A stretch of 53,267 nt of DNA, counting the filler, from Circinaria calcarea (lineage: Eukaryota), in assembly GCA_051942165.1 (NCBI GenBank). It is 3 parts of 3 records of this genome, joined end to end, with 100 filler letters (N's around TTAATTAATTAA, not from the genome) between each part and the next. Parts side by side here need not be neighbours in the genome. Positions count along the whole stretch, not along the records: positions 1 to 17,697 come from JAVECS010000259.1; 2 more parts are not named here. One strand, 5' to 3'. The notes beneath the pieces were generated by a model, which saw nothing but the letters and a program-made list of their open reading frames with translations, had not been told where the DNA came from and did not search any database. This document shows positions 1-13,000 of this stretch, one piece after another; position 1 is the first letter of the stretch, and the number at the start of each line of letters is the position of its first letter. A program made the translations under genes and the position numbers.

Positions 1-3
1 CCC

Positions 4-1568
4 TCAAGCTTCGGTGGCCCTCTCTTCCTCCCGGCCTCTGCTTTCCCCGTTAGCCTGGCTTCCGTGCGCAGCGTCCTCCTCATCTTCTTCCTCTTCGTCC
101 TCGTCTTGGTATTCACGGTGCGCACCGGCTGGCACCCAGAGTCCGCTCTCACGGTCCTTTGATGACATGGGCTGGTCTTGACTGGCAAGGTCGACACCTT
201 CTCCCTGGTTTCGCTGACCGCGGTTCTGGTGGCGGCGTTGGGACAGGGTACGGGCACGGGTGCTAAGTTTCGAAGAAACCGCTGCATTGGCAGACACCCA
301 ATTGGTAAGAGCGTCTTCACAGTCTTGGATAATGCTGCGAGTAGAGTTAGCTGGCTTCAGAGAAATGAGACCGCACAACATACGCCTTGCTCGCTTCATA
401 TCCATCATACGCATTTCTGGTCTCGCCAGGTGTTACCGGAGTATCGTCGACAAGTTCCAGAAGATGCTTTCCGTATCCGGCAATTATAGCAAGCTTCTCG
501 CTATGTTCGCGTAGGGCGTCAAACTGATATGTAAATGCCGCCTTCAACTTCTCGCGAGTAATGTTGGATAGCTGCGCTTCTGCCACAAGAGATTCGGCTT
601 CAGCGCGGACAAGTTCTTGCTCAAGAACCACAATCCGTGGGCTGTTAGGTTCTTTGTACTTGAGTTGCGCAATTTGATCGGTGATCTTCTGTTTGCCTAT
701 GTGGAGCCGATTAGTGACACCTTCAACCAAAAACCCTAGGCTAATCACGTACGGTCTCTGCTGGGTTGTACCGAGGCCTCAATGTTTCGAATGCTTTTGA
801 TGGTCACACGATATTGATCGTAGCGATCAACGAATTGGTCTTCCAACTCGCCGACTTCGTAGATCAGAACCCCAAGCTTATCCGTCACATCGGAAACATC
901 ATCGTCGCACCCTTCACCCCAGATTGAGAGTTGTTGCTATACTACTTTTTAGTGTCGTCGCGTCGAAGGTATACCGCTGCAAAGCTTACTGCAACTTCCA
1001 TTCGCTCCCTCCCAACGAGTTCCATGCTGCGCATAACATTCTTCTCCATCTTGACCAACTGCGAAAGCTTCTTTGCAAGGTCCGGGCCAAAGGCTCCGGC
1101 GGTAGACTTGCGGAATGCATGACCTGCACCACCTCAAGAAAGGGTAACTATGTTAGCCTGTAACGTCGCTTCGATGCACCACGTAGCGATTGTAGACGAC
1201 GACTTTGGAGAATTGCAAATGACCGAGTGAGGAGATTATGAGGGATAAATGGACGGCGTGCACTGAAGAGTTGATCTGGTGCAAAGATCACAGCGCAGAA
1301 AGGGATGATTCCAAGTCATGCCAACTCTCTTGTAAATGGATGCTTGAAGCAGTAGCAACGAACGCAGACAGTATCGCAGCGCGCCAGAAGAGAGCAGATC
1401 TCGATTGGCCGGAATGTCATCGCCTTCTGTGGTACGGAAGATAGACTCACCAATGCTAGCTTTTCCAAAGAAGCGGCCTGACTTCGTCGTCGAAGATGGA
1501 GGGGGTGGGTTCTGAATCTGCGACGCCGTCGGAGCGCGCGACTGGCGCATAGAGTATGTGCGATGCAT
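4..1568 (-). CDS. PIL1: Eisosome core BAR-domain protein Pil1/Lsp1 (multi-exon)
   Basis: N-terminus MHRTYSMRQSRAPTASQIQNPPPPSSTTKSGRFFG (ATG at 1568). Internal peptides KITDQIAQLKYKEPNSPRIVVLEQELVRAEAESLVAEAQLSNITREKLK and LLELVDDTPVTPGETR. Acidic C-terminus ends at the stop at 4. GT-AG introns are visible. Pil1 versus Lsp1 paralog is not strictly resolved. Confidence 0.93.
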
Positions 1569-2432
1569 CTTGGACAACGGCGGTGTTGTTTGTTCTGTAC
1601 TGGTTCTGTAAGAGAAGTAAGAGCGCTCTGGAGATGACTGGTAAGTTTCGGTTTGAGAAGTAGAAGAGTAAATTGCGTATGTATGAACGAGGGAGAGAGA
1701 GCTTGTTGTGGTGGAAGAATGGCTATGACGTTCGAGGCTTGGCCCGAGCTGAGCCAGCCCTATGATGAGAGAACAAGGCTTGAACACTCTACTCCGCAAA
1801 GTAGCTGCGGGAGAGCAGTGAAGGTAGGACTTACAGATCACTTTTAAGGGTAAATCAGTATATGTACGTAGCACGCATTCAGAGAGATACCGAGTATGCA
1901 TGAGCTTCGAGTAACGATTTCTTGTATTCTCATATGCCGTCTCGACACGTGACTTGTTGCCGTGGGAATTTCCTCTCGCGACGGAGTAAGCCTACCAAAT
2001 ACGTCTTAGCGCGGCACTTACGCCACAAATTGAGATCAACAGCACCAATGACGATCAGACATTGAACGGGCATGTGAGAGGAATAAAGGGTTAAAACAGA
2101 CGGCGGGTTTCATACCCATTTCTTTATCATCTTCACCAGAAGATAACAACTATCAGTTTATCGAATGTACTGGTCATTGCTTGGCCTAAAGACTCGATGA
2201 GAACTCAAATAATTGTACATTCTCCCCTTGAGGCCACCGCTCAACCTCCCCAGAAAGAACGCCACACGTTATCCTGACGGGTGTGCCTGCGTCAAAATAT
2301 TTACACGGTCCAAGTCATCGGCATATCCTGCAATACCCGTAATGCCCTGCAAAGCCGCAGTTATATACATGACTCCCAACGTTAGCCGTTGAGCCGTCAA
2401 GCAGAAATCAGCAGGCCGATACAGCAACGCGA

Positions 2433-4822
2433 CTAAGCTCCGGTGGGTAGGTTATCATCTTTGATGACGGTAGGAGCGATTCTCCTCCTCTTTGGGGCAG
2501 TCTTGTTGTCCTCCATTTCTGACTCACTCGTGCCGCCAATGTCCCTCTTACCCAGTAGGCCGCCGCTGACCGAGTTTGGGGCACTCACAATCGACATAGG
2601 GGTCATAGGAGGGGTACATAGAGGCAGGCCGGCGGGTGCAGAATTTGTCGCGGCCACGCTTGGAACGTTGCCAATTGTAGGAGTCGGGTTGCTGGCAATA
2701 ATGCCTGCTGGGGTTTGCATAAACGATGACTGTGTTGCTATCGACGAGTTCGAGTTGGATCTGCTTGGACTGACCGGACGTGCGGTGGCCGCCGGGGAAG
2801 GTGAAGGTGCAAGGATGGAAGAGGAGTGGGGTTTCACCGGTGAAGCAGCTGAGGCCGCTGTCGGTGTAGGTACTGGCGACGGCTGGGACGATCCTGAAAC
2901 AGATATCGACAAAGTCGGATGATGAGCGTTTGGTACTTGGCCTGTGTAGACTTGCCCGAGCTCTCCAGGCGCGAAGGCGATACTAGAACAATACCCATCT
3001 GAGGAGCTCATAAGGAGAGTGAGGCCATCATGCGACCTTGTACACGTCAGCTTCGTTGTTGGGCAGGGAGATCCTGAGCGCTTACCAGGTCAAATCCGTG
3101 AAAGTGGTGAAATGCAGATTGCTCACGACGCACAAAGGTGTAAGCTGCTGCGTATCATATACAAGGATAGAGTCTTGTGTGGCCACTGCATACACTATTC
3201 GGTATGGTAATACGAAAGCGGGAGATGGTCCCGGCGCGCTAGAACCCGTCTCGGCGTCGACCGGCCTTGGTGATGATGTCGGCCTGCCGAGTTCACCAGG
3301 TGATGGCATGGTCGTGCTTGAAGGTGGAGGCGGATCCATGGAACTACTATATAAACTAGGGAGAGATGAGGGAACAGCGGGGCCAGGCAAAGCAGGAATA
3401 GCTTCATCTGCAGACGAAGTATCCACCGTAATGTGAACGGTCGTCTTGGTAGTCGGACGGTGCGTGTAAAATATGGGAGAGCACTTGACTGCAATTGAGG
3501 GCTTCTTATGTCCTGGTAAATGTGCAATTGGTGGCTTGTTGAAGCCTGCTCGAGTATAAATGTACACGGTATTGATCACGTCGTCGGAAGACTTGACCCC
3601 ATCCACGGCGATAGGGTGCGATGTTTTATACTGCCCTGCGGGAGTGAACAAAAGGCTTCCGTCTGGGGCAAAGGTGAGCCTTCGGAAGAAAGAGGTGTAC
3701 GTTTCATTGGCGTAGAGGTTTGCATTCTTTACTCCCAGGCCGCCATAGGGATTCGGCGAATTCTCCATAGGTCGTACCGCAGGAAGTGGCATTGACGGAG
3801 CTGGAGATGCAGATCGCCTAACAGATGGCGATGAACCAAATGAGGACCGCCTGCTGTGTGAAATCGCTGGAGGATTCATCGGCAAAGCCAAGGATGTTGG
3901 CGTTCCGGGTATTGAAGGTGAAGGCGCAGGGGAAGCGGGTGCTATCAGGGAACCATCAGCGAGGAAATAGGTACGTGATCCGAGGTCTGGAGGCGCTGGA
4001 CTGCTTGAAGATATACGTCTAGCTGGTAAGTCCATCTTCGCTACCTTGTTATGCTGGCTGAGTGTAAATTGACCGTCCTTCGTCTTTAAATTGTAGATGT
4101 GGACTGAACGGTCTGATGATTGGGTTGCAACAAATTCATTCAGCGGATCCCACGCCACTCCTTGCACGTAGTGGTTATGCTCGGCAATCTGCCGAACCAT
4201 TTGACCTTCTAGTATTCAGCATTCTCCACACAACGATAAGCTGGAAAGACCTTACCAGTCTGAGCATTGTATATGCGGGCGATATTATCCATGCTGCCAG
4301 TAATGAAGAATACCCCATCCGGTGACCATGCCAGGTCGTATATCTCAGAGCCGAAAGAGCGACACATATGCTTTACTCTCCATGTCTCCTTGTCCTCCAA
4401 CCCGTCTTCCCCGAACGCCGGCATATTGCTGTGGGTTTCTGAAGGTACCCAGAGGAGAGTATTGCCGTCGTCTCCAGCTGTAGCGAGCATTTCTCCTGGC
4501 ATATATGAGCGGAATACACGATGGGGTATGTACGTGATGATCTACCTCTAGGAGCAAACCGTACGACATTGACTGCTTGGGTATGCTGTAAGTCTGGTCA
4601 GCGTCTGACGACTTGGGATGATAGACATGGAGTTTCTACCTTGATCAATGTCGTCAAATAAGTCACCTTCCTATCTTCTCCCTCGGTCTCGATCCTCCAG
4701 AGCCTGACGTTATTGTCCCCTCCGCTTGTGGCTAGGCGTCCCTTCCCATTAGGTTCGAAGTGAGCTGAGTAGATCGGAGCATTGTCGTTGTGCCATGCGA
4801 TCAGCAGAGGAGAAGCCTTCAT
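2433..4822 (-). CDS. CAC2: Chromatin assembly factor 1 subunit B (WD40 repeat), multi-exon
   Basis: MKASPLLIAWHNDNAPIYSAHFEPNGKGRLAT; EIYDLAWSPDG; EHNHYVQGVAWDPLNEFVATQSSDRSV; FFRRLTFAPDGSLLFTPAG; SSSDGYCS; C-terminal Asf1-binding-type KRRRIAPT motif. Confidence 0.93.
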
Positions 4823-5578
4823 TTTGTCCTCCACTGGCGGTGTTTCCGGACAAATGATGTAGCTTTGGATTGGTATATGAACGACAGGAACGTCAACTAG
4901 CTACGTGCTCTCGATGTTGAATACCCCCCGAGGCCCCCTTTGGGCTACGTAGACATTGGAAGCCCTCCAATGGATCAGACACGAGGATAGGTTTCTGGAT
5001 TATAAGGCTCGATGATGGGACTCTTCAAAAGTAGCAGATGATGAGTTGCATCTAAAGCAATGATTGTTAGAAAGGGTGCTCAATAGATTTGCATCAGCCG
5101 GTAGCCGTATATCGCTGACACTGTTCCGCGTTTCGCACTTAGCGCTTGGTGGATCGGAGGTGATTTTTAGGGACGGTATTTAATCATGATGTTATTATTA
5201 TATTATTTATCCATCCCTATTCTGATGACCTTGGGTAATTCAACTATTTATTGTTGTAATCTGGAGCTTTATTGTTGACGCAATCATTGATGATCATCTG
5301 CTCAATCGTTACGATTGTGCCAGGGGTCGAATGATGGTCTTGAAGGACTATCACTGATATCAATCGCATCAAGCTTGATGTAGAGGAGTTCAGGTATGAG
5401 TCAAATGTCACAATGGTTGTTTGAACATACAGGTGGAGTTACGAAGGTCATTTGTGGTATTTCTGGAACGACTATACAAGAAAGCAGGCTGGCTGAAAAC
5501 TATATACACAACAGTACACCACAGCTCCATTACATGTTCGTGTTTGATGTCCTATCCATGCCTATCTCCGCCTAAAGT

Positions 5579-7686
5579 TCAGAGAAGTAGCGAGCCGAGA
5601 ACCAAAAGCAAGAATGAAACAGGGGCTACCAGTCCCATTGACGACGTCTGACTAGCTCCAGAAGTTGTCGAGTTGGTCGAGTTGTTCGAGTTGTTTCCTG
5701 AGGAAACGGACCCAGACTTCTTTTGCTGTCCAGGGCATATCTTCGAGCCGGAAAGTGCTGTTGCAGGATAAAACACCTAGAATGTGCTGGTCAGCATTGA
5801 ACATGCTCAACCAAACTTGTGGGGACTAATGGCGTACTTTGGGTTGACCATCCATAGGAATGGCCAAGGACCCTTTATCTCCAGCTGTTACCACCGAACA
5901 ATCAAAGAGTTGAACAAGCTGTTCATTCGAAGTATAGTTTGTGCTTCCAACGTTTAGGGTGTAATTGTTGACACTGGCGCCCTTGTTGGAAGCTACAGTG
6001 AGAAGTTGACTGCCATTAACACCTTTCATCATTACAATGGTTGACGTATCATTGTAAATGATTGATGCTGGCGTGGTCGTGTAATTTTCAGATTGTCCCA
6101 TCGCCATCTTGCGGATAGCATTCAAAGAGGTGATGTAGGTATATAACTCCGAGGTTGTAGAGTACTTGGTGAGCCAGATAGCTTCGCGATTAGCAGGGTC
6201 TGTACCACCAGCGAGATGTTGCTCGAGCCCTTGATAGACTGAAGAAAATCTAGTTAGACAACTGCTTCTTCTACTTTCTGAAAGTGCGCGTACCGGAGGG
6301 AATTCCGTCGGATAGCATCATGAAGGCAACAGCGTTCTTGGCAAGCTTTGTGCAGTATTAGCATACGCAGCAAGCCAATCACAATGTTTAGGCATGAGCT
6401 TACTGCCATATCACTCGTCAATGACGCAAATCTTACAGTATCATGGTTCTCGACAAAGTTAAGAAGCAGGGATGGATCCTGTCACTATTAATAACTTTGC
6501 TCCAATCTGTTGACTGTTTCAGCCTTACTTTGCAACTTTTCTTGATGCCTTCGAACTCAGTCACCAGATCGTTGGTACTGCCGTTTGTCGCGTTGAATGC
6601 CCGAACCAAAGGAAAATGTCTAGTGAGCTGGTCAGCTTTGGTTTCAACCATCTCGAAATCAGGGCCTTACACTGGGTAATTTGAGACACCGCTGAGAACG
6701 TTCTGAAATTGACATAGCGTCGATGAGTTGCCATCAAAAACCTCGCCAGCAGAGTAGACGCCGGCAGCATTTTCAAATGCTGGCCAAAATTCGGACTGTA
6801 TGTGCTTGGCAGCATCAACGCGTAAGCCGTCGACTTGTAGAGTATGTGATTAGCTAAGGTAGTGCCGAGGGACTCGAGACAAAGCTTACTAGAAAAGTTT
6901 GCCACGAGGTCCTTAACCCATGAATTGAGAATATCCGCGACCTGCTTATCATCCGTCTTTAGATCAGGTAGACCAGCAAGCCAACACTTTTTCAAGGTAA
7001 GCGTCAGTGAAGGTCGGATGTACTAGTCTAAATAAGAGGAAAGTATACCTGCTGAGAGGCGGTCTGGTTGCTGAAATCTGTGATGGTGCAATCAGGATGG
7101 AAGTATTTTTGGTCGTTGAAGGGATTATAATCAGCAAAGTCCATGGCTGTGTCGGTCCCAAGGTATCCCATGGCATTAACGGCGACATCTACCATGAGAG
7201 ACTGCAAGTTGTCAGTTGCTGCTTGCATCAATGCCGAGGGCTGTTACCTTACCATCTTGCGATCATGAAGCGCTGCAGACAAAGCCTTCAAGTCGGCTGC
7301 AGTGCCGAATTTGGAATTCTCGGCATAAAAGTCTTGGGTCCAGTAACCATGGTAGCCTTTTGGTGTGTTTGCATTGACGGGCGAGATCCAAACCTATTCA
7401 GCATACCGGTCATTAGTCTACCATCTGGAAGTTAAGGATTCACTGACGGAAAACCAACCGCATCAAACCCCATTCCCTGAATGTAGTCTAGATGATTGAT
7501 TATACCTTGCCAGGTACCACCGCAATAGTCCACCAGGCTTGTATCACAAGCCGCCGTGGTCGAGTTGTCGGTACGACCGAATCGATCAACCATGACTTGG
7601 TAGATGGACATGGACCGCCATTCTGCAGGTGTCGCTGCGGAAGTGAAGCTGGCAAGCAGCGAAACGATGGACAAGAGCGTAATCAT
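5579..7686 (-). CDS. GH13 fungal alpha-amylase-like protein with signal peptide and probable GPI anchor (Agt/AmyD-like 4-alpha-glucanotransferase), many introns
   Basis: Signal peptide [17 protein letters not shown] then [19 protein letters not shown] and [23 protein letters not shown]. Catalytic regions [16 protein letters not shown] and FVENHD. Ser/Asn-rich tail plus hydrophobic C-terminus [21 protein letters not shown]. Confidence 0.9.
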
Positions 7687-9057
7687 TTTCCTTGATAACG
7701 AGGAATCCACCCTCCACGGGGGAGTCAAATGAGAACTTCAGGTATACTGAACGGTGGAGGGTACGGATCAGATGGGCGTTGTTAATATGTTTTGATGGGT
7801 ACAAGGCGCGAATGAATGGATTGAGGTTAGTATGTGTAACCCGATGGGATGAGAGCCTGAACGAGTGAATTGGACACAACGTCTTGATTGCACGACGGAA
7901 GTAAAGGAGAGGCAGAGTACTGTACGGTGGCACGTACGAAACACGCAAACAAAGAGTGTAGATGTGGTCGAAGATTTTGCAAAGAGATCGTCTGTGGCCC
8001 TCCTTTTGTTTTCTACATCGGGAGTTGGGCGCATTAAGGTTCTAGTCATTAGTATAGGCAGGTACTACGGAGATCTTATTGGTGCGTGTCCGCATTGCCA
8101 ATCAACATGTAACAGGGGGGAAAGCCGGAGGGGCCAGTCGAAAACAGATGGAGCTACCAGTAGGTGCGAGTACCGCGACGGTCAACTGCATTCAGCTTGG
8201 CCATATTCGCCGAGCAACGATTAGTCGACTCGAGAGCACAAGATAGCCTCTTGGTGATCTTCGCCACTGCTACGCCTTTACTTCGCATGCTTCCTTTATT
8301 CTTCTTCTCTTCCTTCCTTCGGCATAAACAGTGCATGCCCAACATTCAACGGGCGCTTGCTGCAGGGGCTTTCTGGGAAACCGCATACGCCTCCCCCGCT
8401 GTGCTGCGAAGGGGGTCATGTTCAGAAGAACCAATTACAAATCGAATCACGTCGGGAGTTCTGCAGTCGACACTGGAATCTGGGGAAACACAGCAATCGT
8501 TGGGTCTAGGTACCAGTCTACCGGCGATCCCTGGTGGGATTGTACTACCGCATTGTGGTGATAGGTACTCTGTAGTATTCTGAAGAATCGCATCGTCGGA
8601 TGAAACGACCACCCCCGAAATCCTCATTTGCCGTTAACTTCAATTTGAACCTGCCTGTACTTTCCAGCTAAGGGCCTGATTTAATCAAGCAACGCATGAC
8701 TTCTACAAAGAGTAGTTGGATCATTGGGAAGTAAATCTATGGTAGGGTTTATGAAACCTTTTTTTTTGGCGGTTACGGCAGGGTGAGTGCCCGGTATATG
8801 CGTTAAGACACGGCACACAACATGAAGCTCTACGCAGTAACCACTGATTGCATGTCACCCAAACGCATCCATGGTGCATTGGTGCAACCCGGTTATTTCC
8901 GCCAACGATCTAAGCTCTGTACTAGCGCCAAATAACTGCCGTTTCCACCACCATATTCTTGTTTGTCTTGTGACCTGGGAGTGTTGAGTCCTTCATCTCC
9001 ATCCTAATTTCAAGATCGGCGCAAGGCGAAACCCCCAGTGATGCCTGGGGAAATTCT

Positions 9058-9720
9058 TTAGAACTTGTTGAACGCCTTCACTTGCTTGCCAGTCCGGGGT
9101 ATGATTCGGAGGACATTGAATCGGACCTGAAAATAATTCGGGTGTTAGCATTGACAAGCAGTATGTGCTATAGAAACACAACATCCCCAACTGATGATAA
9201 GATACAATGGGCAAGTTCTGCTGCATACCGTCTTGCTTAGTGGTCTGCACTGGCCGACTGTGACCTGGTCGCCTTCTTCGACACGAAACGCGGGGGAGAC
9301 ATGCGCAGCCAAGTTCTTGTGGCGCTTCTCATATCTCGAATACTTAGGGACGAAGTGGAGGTATTCACGGCGGATGACGAGGGTTCGGTGCATTTTCGTA
9401 GAGACCACGGTGCCTGTGAGGATACGTCCACGGATAGAGACCAGACCGGTGAAGGGACATTTTTTGTCTAAAGCATCCATATCAGCCATCCGTATCCATA
9501 ACGAATTTAGATGAGATAGTTTTGCTGTTCCTTTCGTACCGATATATGTGCCCTCAATCGCAGTTTTGGGTGTCCGGAATCCTAACCCAACGTCCTTGTA
9601 GTATCTTCGTCCTTTCGTCCCCGCCCGTGTGCTCTTCGTGGACTTGTTCTTAGCATTCAGGAAGATGTGAGGTTGCTTTTGGAACGCACGTTCCGATTGT
9701 ACAGTCAGCTCAGTCGCCAT
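9058..9720 (-). CDS. RPS11: 40S ribosomal protein S11 (uS17), 2 introns
   Basis: [57 protein letters not shown]. Last exon [22 protein letters not shown] ends at 9058. Confidence 0.97.
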
Positions 9721-10004
9721 GATTGCGGTCGGTCTTCAAACTGGAGTCGCTGAATTCAAAATACAAAATCCCTGATCTGTGGAGGTTTGAACTTTAGCGC
9801 GTGTATTAGCGAAGCATGTCGGGCCGCTGATTATCCCGGCATGGTGGTTCTGTGTTTACATCGCACGGCGCGCCCTCAGTATCAAACGATGAGGAGCAAC
9901 CATTCAGACTGATTTGGCCACTACAATGACACTGATAAACCGAAATCGAAATTCTTTAGTAAAATAAATCAAATCTGTGAAATAACATATCGGTGGCAGT
10001 CAAG

Positions 10005-13000
10005 ATGTCGCCAACACAAAGCCCAAAGGGTCCCAATGCACTCTCGCGCTCTCGAAAATCCATTACGCATATACCGTCGATGGTGATAAACGACGAAAAC
10101 GAGGATCCTACAACACGGCTGCTTGAAAAGAATGATGTTGGAATGTCGAAAATGCGAAAGACCAGAAGCAAGAGTCTAGGACCCGGTGGTTTGGACACCT
10201 TGAGAGAAGGCACTGGCAATCAGCAGAAGGTAGCCTAGTCGCAGGCTTCATTTCTCTACCACCTTCCACAAACTGACTTCATAGTCTGACCTTTTCCCTA
10301 TCGTTCGATCAATCCTGAAACCGGCCGTACCTCTATCACCTCCGAAGCAAATACCACCCCACCATACTCTACGAAAGAGCAGTCCTAGCAAGACGAAACC
10401 TCCGCTTTCGCCTAGGAAGCGGTTACAAGATGACTTGTTGGTCGACGTTTCCATACCGTCGCCCAGATCCGGACAATCAGGACTCGAGAATGTGCCGAAT
10501 CCTTTCGAAGATCTGCGCGCCACGAAGGAGCCGTCACAGGAAAATCGAGTTTCTCTTCGTACAGAAGAGGAGCAACAGACTGCTGCGAAAGAGCGGGAAC
10601 AGAGAGCCTTGGTCGAGCGTCGTGATGCGCGACGAAAGTCTTTAGGTATGTCAAAGTCTTCACATCTATATACAACAGCAACCAGCATGCTGTCTTAACT
10701 TGCATCGTCTACATAAATCAAACATCTCAACATTTAAATACTTTGAAAAACATGATTACTAATCTGATCAAAGCCAACCGGAGAGTCTCATTTGCCCCGG
10801 AGGCTACTTTACATACATGGGACGTTATTGAGCTACCCGAGGATGCCACAACCTCATCGGAGGCTACAAATTCTACGCGACGTGCTTCCAATGGTTCTGC
10901 TCTCGCCACGTCTCCGCATCCATATGTGCCAAGCCAAGTTCCTGGCTCTGATGGCATTGAACCTCCTTTAACACCTCCAGCTCAGGTTGAAGAAATTCAG
11001 GTGACAGTATCCCCTGCTCATCAACGAGATATGCATCAAAAGAAGCGTCGGCGAAGCTCAGGCATTCCGCCAATGAACTTTAACGATCCAAACGAGTTCT
11101 CTTCCAGCCCGTGCAGCTCGACAGTCGGTGATGAGGCAGACAATCAGAGCTTAACAATACCAGACGAAGACATTGACTCATGTGACTCTGACGATAACGA
11201 TTTGGTGGAAGGTAGTGGTACTATTATGGAGATAGATGGGGATGACCTGACCACTCGTTCAGTTGCTTCTGCTCGATCTGTGGAAGGATCCACCACCAGC
11301 TCTAGCGATCGACTTGAAGCAGCTCTTCAACAAGCAGCCAAGCAAGCAGGTACTCAAGGTATTGATTTTGACGAACACGGCGATTTGACAATGGAGATGG
11401 CAGATGATGAGATCACTGCATCATTCAAACCCTGGGTGAAGCAAGGCATCTACAAGTCCACTGGTGTGGGAGATTTGACTTCTAGACAAGACCAAGAGAA
11501 TTTGAATCCCTTTTCTCCTGCGTTTAAAGCCAATCTCAAATCTTCTGGTGGAAGTGACGATGATGAAGAGCAGACTATGGATTTTACCCGGGCCGCTGGG
11601 GCAATTTTACCCTCGCTACCCGTTGATCAAGTCTTCTTTAAGCCTGGGCGTCGAAGTCTGGTACCCTCAGCTCGACGAAGGAGTGGTGTCAACCGTCGTC
11701 GCTCTTCTGGCGAGAGTTCCCTGCTTGAGGATGAGACAATGGACCTTACCACCGCCTTTGGGGACATACAGCAACGAGAATATCAGCATCAAGCAAACGA
11801 GGATAAGTCGGACTCTGTTAATGATGACGAGGAGCTGACCATGGAGTTTACGTCCGTCTTCGGTGGTGTGATAGATCGGAAGAGTTCGCACACTTCAAGT
11901 GCATCTAACGTTATAAAAGGGGATGACTCGGCCAATCAGCAGTTACACGAAGAGAAATGTGGGTATGCCAGAGTTTCCTCGGCCATGGACGAGGCAGGGG
12001 CAGACATGGAAATGACTAAGGCTATTGGTGGCATTCTAGAGGCCATCACCGAGCGCACTGAGCCTGATGAAGTAGACCAGACGGTTACAATGGACATGAC
12101 CACTGCTATGGGTACAATTCTGCCGGATGGCCTTAATACAAGCGATAAGTCTTTGGCTAGGAGATTGATGGAATCGGAAACAGATGTTGGACAATTGGCT
12201 AGCTCTCCTTTCCAATCTGGACCTCTTGAGGGACACCCAATCGCTACACTCTTAACTACTCCCGACTCCGCCAATATGCTACCTTCTGAGACTACAGATA
12301 TCGCCAGCCCAAGTATGGTTACCGCAAAAAATCGCTCTAATGCTCGCAAGAGCATGAGCGCGGGACCCTCAATCGTATTAGAGCCCGGCTCACGTCCGTC
12401 AACTCCCCTCAAAAAACCAAGCACTCCGTCAAAGCAGCTTACTCCTAAACCGTCACGACCAACTACACCCGGAAAAACCCCGCCATCAAAGAATGTAACT
12501 CTTAGAACAGGCTCCCCGAAGAAATTATTCAAGGCCGAAATTAAAAGATCCGTTGGAACTCCAAAGCTCTCTGCGCCTCCACAAACTTTTGGGACAAAGG
12601 GTTTTGCTAGTGCAAGTACACATAGTCTATTGCTTACACCTCAGCTTCGCCGTACTTCCGGCTTGGGAATCAACAGAGAGGGATTAGGATCTCCAAGGTT
12701 GGCAGCTCTGCTTGATCGACGAGGTTCTATTGGAGAGAAGGCTGAGACGTTCACTCCTCAAGGTCCTGTTCTGTCTGGTTTACGCTTCGAGGATCCGCGG
12801 GTAATGGAACAGGCGTTAGAAAGTGAACGTCTCGAAGATGAAAGGCGGGAGAGTGCCAGATGTATCATGCAGATGGAGGCCGATATTCAGGATGACGAAG
12901 AGAAGGACGCTACTACCAATCTTAGGGGTATGATAGAAAGCCTGACGCCCAAGAAGGATAAGCTCAAAGGCCGCAAGAGTCTACACGTCGGGGCTGCTCG

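Noticed and set aside
7768..8627. Overlapping ORFs upstream of the GH13 gene
   Set aside because: No domain signal; most likely promoter/5'UTR sequence.
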